Below are positions 39,602-49,582 of a stretch of DNA of 64,000 nt, piece by piece (the first letter of the stretch is position 1; each line of letters begins with the position of its first letter). The DNA comes from Candidatus Bathyarchaeota archaeon (lineage in GTDB: Archaea > Thermoproteota > Bathyarchaeia > TCS64). The notes below the pieces were generated by a model. The model was not told the DNA's origin. It saw only the letters and a program-made list of their open reading frames with translations, and did no database searches. Position numbers and translations under genes: made by a program. Location: the NCBI GenBank assembly GCA_963771885.1, contig CAVYVF010000023.1, forward strand, positions 736,001 to 800,000, in the 5' to 3' direction.

Positions 39602-41261
39602 GTGAATGTCTTGAGCCAATTTATCAGGGTCTTCTTTGAACCGCTCGGGCGGAGGGCAGAGGCAAACCCTGGCGAGAGCATACTCGAAGTGGCGCTCCGT
39701 TGCGGTGCTGGGATCCGCGCGGACTGCGGGGGCGCCTGCAGCTGTGGTAAATGTCGAGTCGTTATAGAGAACCAGAATGGACTATCAGCGCCCGACAGCT
39801 CGGAGGCGAGCCTACTAACCCCAGAAGAATTAGCCAGAGGCTACAGGCTCGCATGCACCACCAGGTTCCTAACCAGTGCCCGAAAGGTCACCGTGACCAT
39901 ACCACCTGAGAGCAGGCAGCGGGCGAGGCGATTCGCGGGGAAGGACGCTGAGCGGAGGGTGAAGCTCGACCCAGTCGTAGGACATATGGGCATAACTCAC
40001 ACGGGGCTTACACTCGGGCTTGCCGTCGACATCGGCACATCCAGGATCACGGCGCGCCTCATCGACCTCGTTAATGGAGTAAACATCGCCTCCGAGTCGA
40101 TCGAGAACCCGCAGATCGTCCACGGCGAGAATCTGATAACGCGCGCGTCATACGCTCAGGCGTCGGAACAGAACCTGCTGAGGCTCAGGGCTCTCCTAAT
40201 CGACGGCGTGAACACACTCATCGGGCGCCTAGTTGAGGGGAGAGCCATGCCGGAGGACGTACTCCAGGCTGTGGTCGTCGGTAACACCGTAATGCACCAC
40301 CTTTTCCTCGGCCTCGACACGAGCCGCCTCACGAGGGCTCCCTTCACGCCGATGACAAGGGAGACGGTTTGGCTCATGGGGATCGAGTCACGGCTCGACG
40401 TCAATCCCGCCGGGGTGGTCGTAGTTTTGCCCAACATCGACGCCTTCGTCGGGGCCGACGCGGTGGCGGACATCATCTCGAGCAACCTCCTGAGAAGAGC
40501 GGAGCCTACGCTTCTCGTCGACGTGGGTACAAACACCGAGATAATGCTGCGCGCCGGGGGAGAGACGCTTGCCTGCTCGTGCGCCTCGGGTCCCGCCTTC
40601 GAGGGGGAGCACATAGAATACGGCATGAAGGCCGTCGAGGGTGCCATTGAAAGAGTCAGGATCACCGGCAGCGCCGTCGAGTACAGGAGTCTCGGGGGCG
40701 GGAAGCCCGTGGGCATCTGCGGCTCAGGCATCGTCGACGCCGTCGCTGGGCTCCTCAGAAACAGGGCTCATAACCCCCGTCGGCAGGTTCACCGAGGACG
40801 CCGCTCCCCGGGTAATCCATGTCGGCAACCAGAGAAAATTCGTTATCGCTCCCCGGGCAGAGAGCGGCACCGGCGCTGACATCACCATCTCCGAGAGAGA
40901 CATAAACGAGGTCATACTCGCCAAGGCCGCCATAGCCTCCGCGACGGGTGTCCTCATGGCGATGAAGCGCGTCGAACCGAGCGACCTCAGGCGAGTCCTC
41001 GTCGCCGGCGCATTCGGCGGCCACCTCGACAAGGCGAACGCGAGGGCTATCGGGCTCATCCCCCCCGTAGAGGGCAGGCGCATCGCCTTCCTCGGGAACG
41101 CCGCTCTCGAAGGCGCATCGATGGCGCTCAAGTCGAGGCGCATCATCGACCTAGCCACGCGCATCTCGGTGGAGACGCGCTACGTGGAGCTAGCATCCAA
41201 CCCTGACTTCGACGCTGGCTTCAGGAAAGCCCTCCTACTCGCTGGCGCGAAACGATATTAG
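39602..41261 (+). CDS. reductive activator of corrinoid proteins (RACo/RamA-like, 2Fe-2S + ASKHA), apparent +1 frameshift at ~40757
   Basis: CGG.CSCGKC...RLAC, VDIGT, GNTVMHH, FVGAD, DVGTNTE, GPAFEG, GICGSG; second frame has AKAA, AGAFG, GNAALEGA, YVELA. Confidence 0.9.
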
Positions 41262-41297
41262 CCCCCGGGGCTAAGCAAGACAACTGGGGAGCACAAC

Positions 41298-42428
41298 TTG
41301 AATTCACGCGAGAGAGTCGAAGCTGCACTCGCACACAGGGAGCCCGATAGGCCCCCAGTCGACCTTGGCGGCACGGTCTCGGGCATACACAACGAGGCCT
41401 ACACGAAGCTGGTAGAGGCGCTCGGCCTCCGGCTCATGACTAGGGTCGACCCATGGGACGTGCAGCGGCTCGCAAAGCTCGATGAGGCAGTGCTCGAGAA
41501 GCTCGGCGTCGACTTCCGCCACATCTCCCTTAGGTCTGTGCCCGGCTCCGGCGGGTTAGAGCCGGATGCCTCCGGGAGGCCCTGCTTCGTAGACGAGTGG
41601 GGTATCAAGTGGGGGCGGAACCCGCACTACTATGACATGGTCGCCCATCCGCTGGCGAACGCGTCGATGGAGGACCTAGCGGACTACCCGTGGCCCGACC
41701 CCGGAGACCCGAGGAGGTTCGAGGGGCTCAGGGAAGAGGCGAAGCGTCTCCACCATGGCACCGACTTTGCGGTACAGGCAGATGCCTTCTTCGGAGGCAT
41801 ATATGAGTGCGCGTGGTGGATGAGAGGCTTCTCGGCTTTCACCGTCGACATGTATCGCCACCCTGAGTTCGCCAACCTGCTCCTCGACAAGATACAGGCC
41901 ATCTACCTCGACTTTTACACCCGATATTTAGACGTCGTAGGCCCATACGTGCAGGTCTTCGACTATAATGACGATATTGGGATGCAGACTGGGCCGCTGC
42001 TCTCTCCCGCAGTGTTCCGGCGCTATCTCAAGCCTCGCTACGCGGAGATATTTAGGCTGATTCACTCGAAGTCGAAGGCGAGGATATTCATGCACACATG
42101 CGGAGCCGTGCGCCAGCTCATCCCAGACCTAATCGAGATCGGGCTCGACGTTCTCAACCCTGTCCAGCCTCTCGCGTCGGGCATGGAGATCAGCGGGCTC
42201 AAACGCGACTTCGGCGATAATCTAACGTTCCATGGCGGCGTCGACATTCAGAGACTCTTACCCAATGGGTCGATTGGGGAGGTGGAGACGGAGGTGCGAC
42301 GCATCTGTGAGGTCGGTGGCGCAGGGGGAGGTCTCATACTCGCTGGCGCTCACAATATTCAGGCGGATGTTCCACCTGGAAACATTCTAGCGATGTTCAG
42401 AGCGGTGGGTAGTATGGGGGTTGAGTGA
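41298..42428 (+). CDS. uroporphyrinogen decarboxylase-superfamily methyltransferase
   Basis: REPDRPP, DEWG, DDIGMQ, HTCG, NPVQ, FHGG, HNIQ. Confidence 0.85.
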   Translation: MNSRERVEAALAHREPDRPPVDLGGTVSGIHNEAYTKLVEALGLRLMTRVDPWDVQRLAKLDEAVLEKLGVDFRHISLRSVPGSGGLEPDASGRPCFVDEWGIKWGRNPHYYDMVAHPLANASMEDLADYPWPDPGDPRRFEGLREEAKRLHHGTDFAVQADAFFGGIYECAWWMRGFSAFTVDMYRHPEFANLLLDKIQAIYLDFYTRYLDVVGPYVQVFDYNDDIGMQTGPLLSPAVFRRYLKPRYAEIFRLIHSKSKARIFMHTCGAVRQLIPDLIEIGLDVLNPVQPLASGMEISGLKRDFGDNLTFHGGVDIQRLLPNGSIGEVETEVRRICEVGGAGGGLILAGAHNIQADVPPGNILAMFRAVGSMGVE

Positions 42429-43077
42429 CCTGGACAAGGCACAGATTCTGGATGAGATCTCCCGAGCCGTCGTCGAGTTTGACGGGGGGAAGGCGGAGAA
42501 GCTCTGCGGCGAGGCTATAGCCATGGGCATCCCGCCCTACGAGGTCATCGTCAAGGGCATGGCCAAGGGTATGGAGCAGGTCAGCAGACTCTACGAGGCG
42601 GGCGACTTCTTCCTATCCGAGCTCGTCATGGCGGGGGAGACTATGAATCAGGCACTCGCCGTAATAGAGCCATGCCTCTCCCGTGAGGGCGGGAAGGCGC
42701 GGGGCACCGTCGTCATCGGTACCGTCCACGGCGACCTGCACGACATCGGCAAGACCATATTCGGGAACCTGCTCCGCGGCGCCGGCTTCAGAGTCGTCGA
42801 CCTCGGCTTCGATGTCTCGCCGAAGGCCTTCGCAGACGAGGTCGAGAAGACGCGCCCAGACATCCTCGGTATGTCAGCCCTCATCACGACGACGATGATC
42901 AGCATGGAGGAGACCATCAGGGAGCTGAGGCGAAGAGGGCTTATGGACGGAGTCAAGGTGATCATTGGCGGCGCCGCGGTTGACGCCGACTACGCTGCGA
43001 GGATAGGAGCAGACGCTGCAGCGAGGGATGCCATCGAGGGGGTCGCTATCTGCAGCGGCTGGACGAAGTCACGATGA
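42421..43077 (+). CDS. second corrinoid (B12-binding) protein
   Basis: FLSELVMAG, DLHDIGK, SALITTT, IGGAAV. Confidence 0.92.
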   Translation: MSDLDKAQILDEISRAVVEFDGGKAEKLCGEAIAMGIPPYEVIVKGMAKGMEQVSRLYEAGDFFLSELVMAGETMNQALAVIEPCLSREGGKARGTVVIGTVHGDLHDIGKTIFGNLLRGAGFRVVDLGFDVSPKAFADEVEKTRPDILGMSALITTTMISMEETIRELRRRGLMDGVKVIIGGAAVDADYAARIGADAAARDAIEGVAICSGWTKSR

Positions 43078-43980
43078 GCCGAGGAATCCGTCGGCCGCTG
43101 TCTTCATGTTAGCTAGGATTGGCTCGACGATTGCAGGCGGCGTGGGTGCGAACCCGCAGTCCGGGTGAATGTAGGCGATGGACTCCACGCCAACAAGTTC
43201 GGCTATCCTGCGGAGCCTGGCGAGCGCAACTTCCGGTTCCTCTAGGTAGGTGTTGGAGATGAAGCCGGCGCCTAGCCTCTTGCCCCCGGGGAGCCTTTTC
43301 TCAGCGATGGTCTCCAGGTTTCTCGCCTCCTGAGCCCTGCTAAAGCCGAAGCTAAGGACGTTGACGCTTAGCCCAATCAGGTCATCCCAGACCTTGCCTA
43401 CGTGGCCGCAGACGTGGAGGCTCACCTTCTCTCGGTCGATGGCGGAGTCGGGTAGCTGGGAGAGGAGCCTCTCCGTGTACTTGGGGGACTCGAACCTAGC
43501 AGATAATCCGGGCTCGTCTATCTGGAGGAGCGCCCCGACCTTAAGTGCCTCCTCGGCGAGGGGGGCTAGGGCGTCGGCGCAGTCGCCGTAGAGGGTGGGG
43601 TCGCGAAGCCCGGAGTAGCCGTTGATGCCCCCCATGGCGGCGGTCATGCCAAGTGTAACGGGGCCGGTGAGGGTTATCTTCGTCTTTACGCCGCCCCTGC
43701 CGGTTGAGGCTAGGTATGCCCTCATAGCAGAGTGGTCGACGAGCTTGTAGAAGCTGCGTGGATCATCCATCGGCTTAATCCTGCCAGATACCCTGAGGCC
43801 CCTGCTGCCCCTGTCAAAGCCTGTTATCTGCTCGAAGTAGGTGATCATGTCCGCCCTCTGCTCGCCGTCAGTGACGACCTCGACGCCGTGGCGTAGCTGC
43901 AGGTCCACAACGTCCCTTATGGCGACGTCGAGTGGCTTTTCACCCCGAGGGAAGCTGCCGATGGTGGTTCTCTCCAACAC
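43069..43980 (-). CDS. single-domain core methionine synthase (MetE C-terminal-like)
   Basis: TTIGSFPR, TDGEQR, TGPVTL, QIDEP, Zn ligands HVC and PDCG; no N-terminal folate-binding half. Confidence 0.85.
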   Translation of the reverse strand: MLERTTIGSFPRGEKPLDVAIRDVVDLQLRHGVEVVTDGEQRADMITYFEQITGFDRGSRGLRVSGRIKPMDDPRSFYKLVDHSAMRAYLASTGRGGVKTKITLTGPVTLGMTAAMGGINGYSGLRDPTLYGDCADALAPLAEEALKVGALLQIDEPGLSARFESPKYTERLLSQLPDSAIDREKVSLHVCGHVGKVWDDLIGLSVNVLSFGFSRAQEARNLETIAEKRLPGGKRLGAGFISNTYLEEPEVALARLRRIAELVGVESIAYIHPDCGFAPTPPAIVEPILANMKTAADGFLGSS

Positions 43981-44079
43981 TTTTCAGGGGATAGGGGGCG
44001 TTCCCCCTGTTTAAAATGCGCTCCGGGGTTATTCGTTTAATCTGAAGACTCCCGACCCTCCCACATGCGTGTGCGTCGC

Positions 44080-45155
44080 TCAGGTTAGCAGGTAGAATAG
44101 GATCACAGACGTCGGTATTAGATGGAACACGGCCGTGATTATTAGTGTCAGTCTCGGCGAGGCGGCCACTTTCTCAGCGGTCAGCCTGACTACCTTACTG
44201 AAGGGCACCAGCAGCGCCATGAAGATGGCTGCGCCGACGACGTTGATCGTCAGCTGGACGAGCCAGACCCCCATTGCCAGGGGGTTACCCGTCGCAAGGG
44301 CGGCTAGCAGGACGCTGAAGCATGTCCCGATGTTCGCCCCGAGGATGTAGGGGAGGATGTAGAAGTCGGCCAGGAGCACGCCGCTCGAGGCGAGGGGGAT
44401 TAGTAGCGACACCATGACAGTTGTGCTTGGGATGAGGAGGGTGAAGAGGAACCCAGCCGCGAAGGCCCTCAGGGGTTTTGAGAAGGTCGCCCTGATAAGG
44501 TTCCAGCTCCGGGGCATGTTGAATATCTCAGTCATGTACTTTTCTACGCCTGCGAGGGCGAGGAGGAGCATGCCGGCTCCGCCGATGAGGCCGCACCAAG
44601 CAGGGATGTATTGGAGCAGGAATGGTATCCACGGTGTCGCGGCGTCGAGTGTGTTCGGCACTGAGTTCAGCCACGAGGCGTCGACGAACATTGAGCTGCC
44701 TTGGTTCGCGATGTTTGTGAGGGTGCCGAAGAGTAGCTCAAGTGGGTAGAAGATTGCGAGGGTTCCGAGGTTGTAGAGGACGTGGGTTATGGTGACGTTG
44801 AACGTTGCCGTCTGGCGCTCCTTCCCCTGACCTGGTTAAGGACGGAGATGAGGAAGGGCGTTACCGTCGTCCCTATTTCGGCGCCTATAACGGTAGCGAC
44901 GGCGAGGCTGTAGGGCATTATACCGGAGGAGACGAAGGCGAGTACGATCGAGTCGAACCCCCCGCTGCTATGGAGGAGTGCTGCGCCTATCCAGCCCGCC
45001 GAGACGCCGCTCGTAACGTCCCTGATGAGGAGCACTATGCCCTCGGCGAGAAAGTCCCCGAGGCGCCCGGCGGAAGACTTAATCAGCACGATCGCGGAAA
45101 CGAAGAAATATAGCGATAGTAGCGACCCTGTGACGTGCCGTATTTTCGGGGGCAA
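44080..45155 (-). CDS. Na+/Pi cotransporter family protein (apparent -1 frameshift at ~44825)
   Basis: HSSG...IGAEIGTT in the first ORF, PSTT...LGANIGT in the second; one extra G joins them via RGKERQTATFNVT. Confidence 0.8.
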
Positions 45156-45308
45156 ACCACTCTTCTTAGTGCAATTGGGACGAGATTAAAACCTGAACTA
45201 TATAGACTATAGTGATTATATAGATGAAGCCGTTTTCCGGGGCGTGGGCTTAGCTTCTAAATCAATTTTGTTATAAACCTGTTCGATCACCCAGTACATA
45301 GATTACTT

Positions 45309-46124
45309 ATGATGACGAATTCACTGGTTGTGAATGTCCTTGTAGTGGCAGTCGCCCTGCTACTCGTGTTCGCAATATTTTACTCGTGGCAGCGGAGAAA
45401 GAAGCCTGCCGCATCTCCTCCCATGAAGCCTGTGCTCAAGAGTGCCGTGGTGGAGACGCCGAAACCAGAGCCGGTCCATCTATCTAAACCCGAGCCGGCT
45501 CCTCAACCAGAACCAGCGTCGGTTCCTCTACCTGAACCCGAGCCAGTCCCTCAACCAGAACCAGAGCCGGTAGCGGACGTAACGAAAGCGGAACCTGCCA
45601 AGATAATGTCTGAGGCCGTACCCCTAATCACAACAGTTGAAGCACAGGGAGTTGAAAACCCCGTTCTTGAGAAGGTGACAAAACCGAAGCCGCCGAAGCG
45701 TGCTACTGGTAAGAAGCAGGGTTTGAAGATCGCTGACATCGAGGGCATCGGTGAGAAGTACGCTGATACGCTTCACGCCGAAAACATTAGCTATACATCC
45801 GATCTACTCGCCGCCGGTGGGACCCCCCAGGGCAGACGAGAGTTATCCGAGAAGACCGGCATCTCGCATGACTTGATCCTTGAGTGGGTGAACCTCTCTG
45901 ACCTCTTCAGGATAAAGGGAATCGGTTCTGAGTATTCGGATCTCCTCGAGGAGGCGGGTGTTGACACAGTCGTCGAGCTGTCTCGCAGGAACGCTGAGAA
46001 CCTCCACGCGAAGATTCTGGAGGTGAATGAGGCGAAGAAGCTTGTAAGGCGCCCTCCGTCGCTCGCCGCGGTTCAGAGTTGGATAAGCGAGGCGAAGACG
46101 CTACCCCGCGCCGTAGAGTACTAG
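45309..46124 (+). CDS. membrane-anchored DUF4332 (helix-hairpin-helix) protein with Pro/Glu-rich linker
   Basis: N-terminal TM, PEP repeats, IEGIG and IKGIG HhH motifs, DLFRI, LLEEAGVDTV. Confidence 0.85.
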   Translation: MMTNSLVVNVLVVAVALLLVFAIFYSWQRRKKPAASPPMKPVLKSAVVETPKPEPVHLSKPEPAPQPEPASVPLPEPEPVPQPEPEPVADVTKAEPAKIMSEAVPLITTVEAQGVENPVLEKVTKPKPPKRATGKKQGLKIADIEGIGEKYADTLHAENISYTSDLLAAGGTPQGRRELSEKTGISHDLILEWVNLSDLFRIKGIGSEYSDLLEEAGVDTVVELSRRNAENLHAKILEVNEAKKLVRRPPSLAAVQSWISEAKTLPRAVEY

Positions 46125-47002
46125 TCTATCCCTGACTCTATTTTGTTTCCCGCCGCAGTGGCCCAGACCATGCGTGGCGTCGTGTGGCTGTGCCCCGTGT
46201 TGCCTCTGTTGTCGAGGGCGATCACTCCACCCGTTCCGGCGACGCGGTTCTTCATATAGGCAAGTGCATTGTCGGTTGCCTGCTGCACGGGTGTGCCCGC
46301 CTCGACGTAGTTGAGGACGAGCCGTGCGAGGTTGACCTTCATTATTGCCTCGCCGTGGCCTGTTGAGGAGGTGCCGCCGACTATATTGTCCGCGTAGCCG
46401 CCGCTGCCGATTATCGGGACGTCTCCGACCCTGCCAACGAGCTTGCCAGTCATGCCGCCCGTCGACGTGGCTGCGGCGATGTTGCCCTTGTGGTCGAGGG
46501 CGACGGCGCCGACGGTGTCGTGCCCCAATTTGGCCTTTTTCGCTGCAAGCCACTCTGTGAGCTCGCGGCGCGCCTCATCGGTGACAAGCTTTTCCTGGGG
46601 CAGCCTCTCGACGTGGTACTTTTCGGCGAGCCTGCGCGCCCCCTCGCCGATCATGAGTACGTGGGGCGTCCTCTCCATTACTAGGCGGGCGAGGTCGACG
46701 GGGTGCCGAACGTCGCGTAGCCCGGCGACGGAGCCTGCGCCGAGCGTCGCGCCGTCCATTATTAGGGCGTCCATCTCGACGGTGCCGTCCTCAGTGAGGA
46801 CTGAGCCTATGCCGGCGTCGAATGCGGGGTTGTCCTCGAGGGTGTTGACTGCGGCGACGACAGCGTCGAGGGCTGAGCCTCGCCCCTTGAGGGTGTTCCA
46901 ACCCTTACCGACGGCCTCCTCGACTCCGAGGATGTTCAGGTCGACTAGACGGTCGGGGATGTCCCATGCCCCGCCGTGGATGATGATTACAGGGTCGGTC
47001 AT
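46121..47002 (-). CDS. iaaA: isoaspartyl peptidase/L-asparaginase (Ntn hydrolase)
   Basis: IHGGA, FDAG.GS, EMDA, HDTVGAVA, ATSTGG, GRVGD, TGHGE. Confidence 0.93.
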   Translation of the reverse strand: MTDPVIIIHGGAWDIPDRLVDLNILGVEEAVGKGWNTLKGRGSALDAVVAAVNTLEDNPAFDAGIGSVLTEDGTVEMDALIMDGATLGAGSVAGLRDVRHPVDLARLVMERTPHVLMIGEGARRLAEKYHVERLPQEKLVTDEARRELTEWLAAKKAKLGHDTVGAVALDHKGNIAAATSTGGMTGKLVGRVGDVPIIGSGGYADNIVGGTSSTGHGEAIMKVNLARLVLNYVEAGTPVQQATDNALAYMKNRVAGTGGVIALDNRGNTGHSHTTPRMVWATAAGNKIESGID

Positions 47003-47047
47003 GTCTGAGTATCTAGAATGGGCTCGGGTAAAAATAGTATGGCGGGG

Positions 47048-48187
47048 CTACTTCGCCTTCTCCTTGAGGACGGAGTCAAGATCGCTGTACTCCATCTTCT
47101 GGCAGGCGGCGCCTTCCTTGTGGACGAACTTTCCGTCCACGATGTTCAGCCCCGTCCTCAGTACGTCGTTCTCCTTGACTGCCTTCGCCCACCCCTTGTT
47201 GGCGACGTCGCGCACGTACGGCAGGATGGCGTTTGACAGCGCCTGGGATGCGGTCCTCGGCACGGCGCCGGGGACGTTCGGTACGCCGTAGTGTATGATG
47301 CCGTCGATGGTTGTCGTCGGGTGGTCGTGGTGGGTCTCAACGCATGTCTCGATGGGGCCGTCGGGGTCGCAGCCGATGTCGACTATGACGGATCCCTTCT
47401 TCATCTTGGCGACAATCTCCTTCGTGACTATCCTCTTACGCGTCCTCAGTGGGTTGAAGAAGACGCCGTTGATGACGAGGTCGGCCTTGACGACTGACTC
47501 CTCTACGTTCCGCCTGTCGGAGACGAGCGTCGTGAGTTTGTTGCCGAACAAGTCGTTGAGTTCGTTGAGTCTGCGGACGTTGACGTCGAGGACAGTTACG
47601 TTTGCGCTGAGTCCGATCGCCGCCTTGATGGCGCCTGTGCCGACGGAGCCGCCGCCGATGATGACTACCTCGGCTGGCTTGCAGCCCGGCATTCTACCGA
47701 TCATGACCCCCTCGCCGCCGAGGTGGGTCTGGAGGTGGTAGGCACCCATTATGACGCCGTTGTGGCCCGCTATCTCGCTCATCGGGGCGAGCAGGGGTGT
47801 CAGGCCCCTCTCCTGGACGGTGTCGTAGCTGAATGCGGTGACCTTCGCCTTGATGAGTGCCTCGGCGAAGGCGCGCTTCGACCCGAGGAGCCCCTCTGTG
47901 AAGTGGAGGTAGGCCATGATGATGGTGCCCTCCTTGAGTAGGCTGTACTCCTTGGTTAGTACCTCCTTGACCTTGACGATGAGGTCGCAGCTGAATATCT
48001 TCTCGTGGCTAGCCTCAATCTCGGCTCCTGCTTGCTTGTATTCCTCATTGGAGTAGCCGCTGGCGACACCCGCGTCCTTCTCGACTACGACGCGGTGGCC
48101 GCCCTCCTTGAGTGCCTCAATTGCCTGTGGGGTGAGGGCCACGCGGTTCTCGCCCGACTTTACCTCGCTTGGGACTCCGATTATCAT
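47048..48187 (-). CDS. ald: alanine dehydrogenase (bacterial type)
   Basis: ENRV, KVKE, YLH, PLLAPMSEIAG, GGGSVG, HYGVPNVPGAVPRT. Confidence 0.88.
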   Translation of the reverse strand: MIIGVPSEVKSGENRVALTPQAIEALKEGGHRVVVEKDAGVASGYSNEEYKQAGAEIEASHEKIFSCDLIVKVKEVLTKEYSLLKEGTIIMAYLHFTEGLLGSKRAFAEALIKAKVTAFSYDTVQERGLTPLLAPMSEIAGHNGVIMGAYHLQTHLGGEGVMIGRMPGCKPAEVVIIGGGSVGTGAIKAAIGLSANVTVLDVNVRRLNELNDLFGNKLTTLVSDRRNVEESVVKADLVINGVFFNPLRTRKRIVTKEIVAKMKKGSVIVDIGCDPDGPIETCVETHHDHPTTTIDGIIHYGVPNVPGAVPRTASQALSNAILPYVRDVANKGWAKAVKENDVLRTGLNIVDGKFVHKEGAACQKMEYSDLDSVLKEKAK

Positions 48188-48279
48188 GGCTTGTCAGTAT
48201 GGTCGGCGCATTGATTGGTATATAACCGTCGCGTGGAGTAGGGAAGAAAAGGAAAATTCGGGGGTATGAATGGGCGTCT

Positions 48280-49561
48280 TTACCACTTGATGTGTGGTGT
48301 CCAGTCGTAGGGCTTCGCCTTGGGGTGCTCGTCTTCGACGCGTGTGAGGAAGTTTATGCCGTAGACGCGTTCCCCGTTTTTGGGGGGTCCCTGCTTGGTG
48401 GCGGGGCAGCTGTAGGCGACGGCGAAGTCGAAGATGGGGTCGTCTGTGCAGCCGCCGGCGCGGACGCTGGGGATGGCGACTATGCCGTGGCTCTTGGCGT
48501 ATTCAATGGCTTCCTTGCTCTCAGTCATCGTCCCCACCTGATTGGGTTTGAAGATGAACGCCTCGCAGACCTTCATCTTCGCAGCCTTCTTGAGCATCTC
48601 GATGTTCGTCACTGTCAGATCGTCGCCGACAATCATCGTCTTGTTAAGGATCTTGTTCGCTTTCTTCCAGCCGTCCCAGTCGTTCTCCTCGAGGGGGTCC
48701 TCGACGTAGAGGAAGTGGTACTTGGTCGTCAGCTCCTTGAGGTAGCCTAGGAGGGCGTCGGCGTCGATGTTCTCGCCCATGAAGTCGTATGTGCCTTTCT
48801 CCCGGTCGTAGAATTCGCTGGCGGCGACGTCGGTGGCGAAGGCGACCTTGTCCTCGATGCCGAGGCGTCTTGCGGCCTCGTACATTAGGTCGAATGCGAC
48901 CGTTGGGTCCTGGCTTGGGGACTGCCATCCGGTTAGGCTGCCCGCCTTCGGTGCCTCGCCGTGCATGTAGTCCTTGATGACCGTTGGCGTGAGGGCGAAC
49001 AGCTGATACATTATGTGCACCGCCTCCTTGATGGACTCGGCCTTGTAGGGGACGACGGTGATCTCCTGGAAGGGCATGGAGCCCTTCTGGTAGCTGCCGC
49101 CGCTGATGCAGTTGACTGTTGGGAAGGGGATGGTTTTGACGGGGGTGGGGTTGAGGTGGGTGTAGAGGGGGACGTTCTCGGTGTTTGCCGCGGCGCGTAT
49201 GCAGGCGAGTGAGACGCTGCAGAGGGTGTTGCCGCCGAGCTTGGACTTGTTTGGCGTGCCGTCTAGGTCGATCATCGTCCTGTCGATGGCTTTTTGGTCA
49301 TGCACGTCCATGCCTCTGAGCTTGGGGGCAATGGTTCTGTGGACGATTTCGGCGGCCTTGTAGACGCTGAGGCCGTCGTACCACTTTGGGTCGTTGTCGC
49401 GTAGGACGTATGCCTCGTGTTCGCCGGCTGAGACGCCGGAGGGGGCTGAGCCGCGGCCGAGGACTCCTGCCTCGGTGACGACGTCTACCTCCAGCATCGG
49501 CTTGCCTTTTGCGTCGAGGATTCTGTCTCGCCTTCACGGATTTTATGCTCGTGTTCGCCAT
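48280..49561 (-). CDS. divergent enolase-family protein (apparent +1 frameshift at ~49521)
   Basis: ARQILD (after correction), PSG.S.GEHEA, LDGTPNKSKLG, DVAASEF, EDP, VGDDL, KPNQVG; several catalytic motifs altered. Confidence 0.85.
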
Positions 49562-49582
49562 GGTTTGCGCCACTTTCGCGAA

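Noticed and set aside
40740..40780. Programmed ribosomal frameshifting at the split genes
   Set aside because: No shared slippery heptamer or stimulatory structure, and the affected families are unrelated; assembly error is more parsimonious
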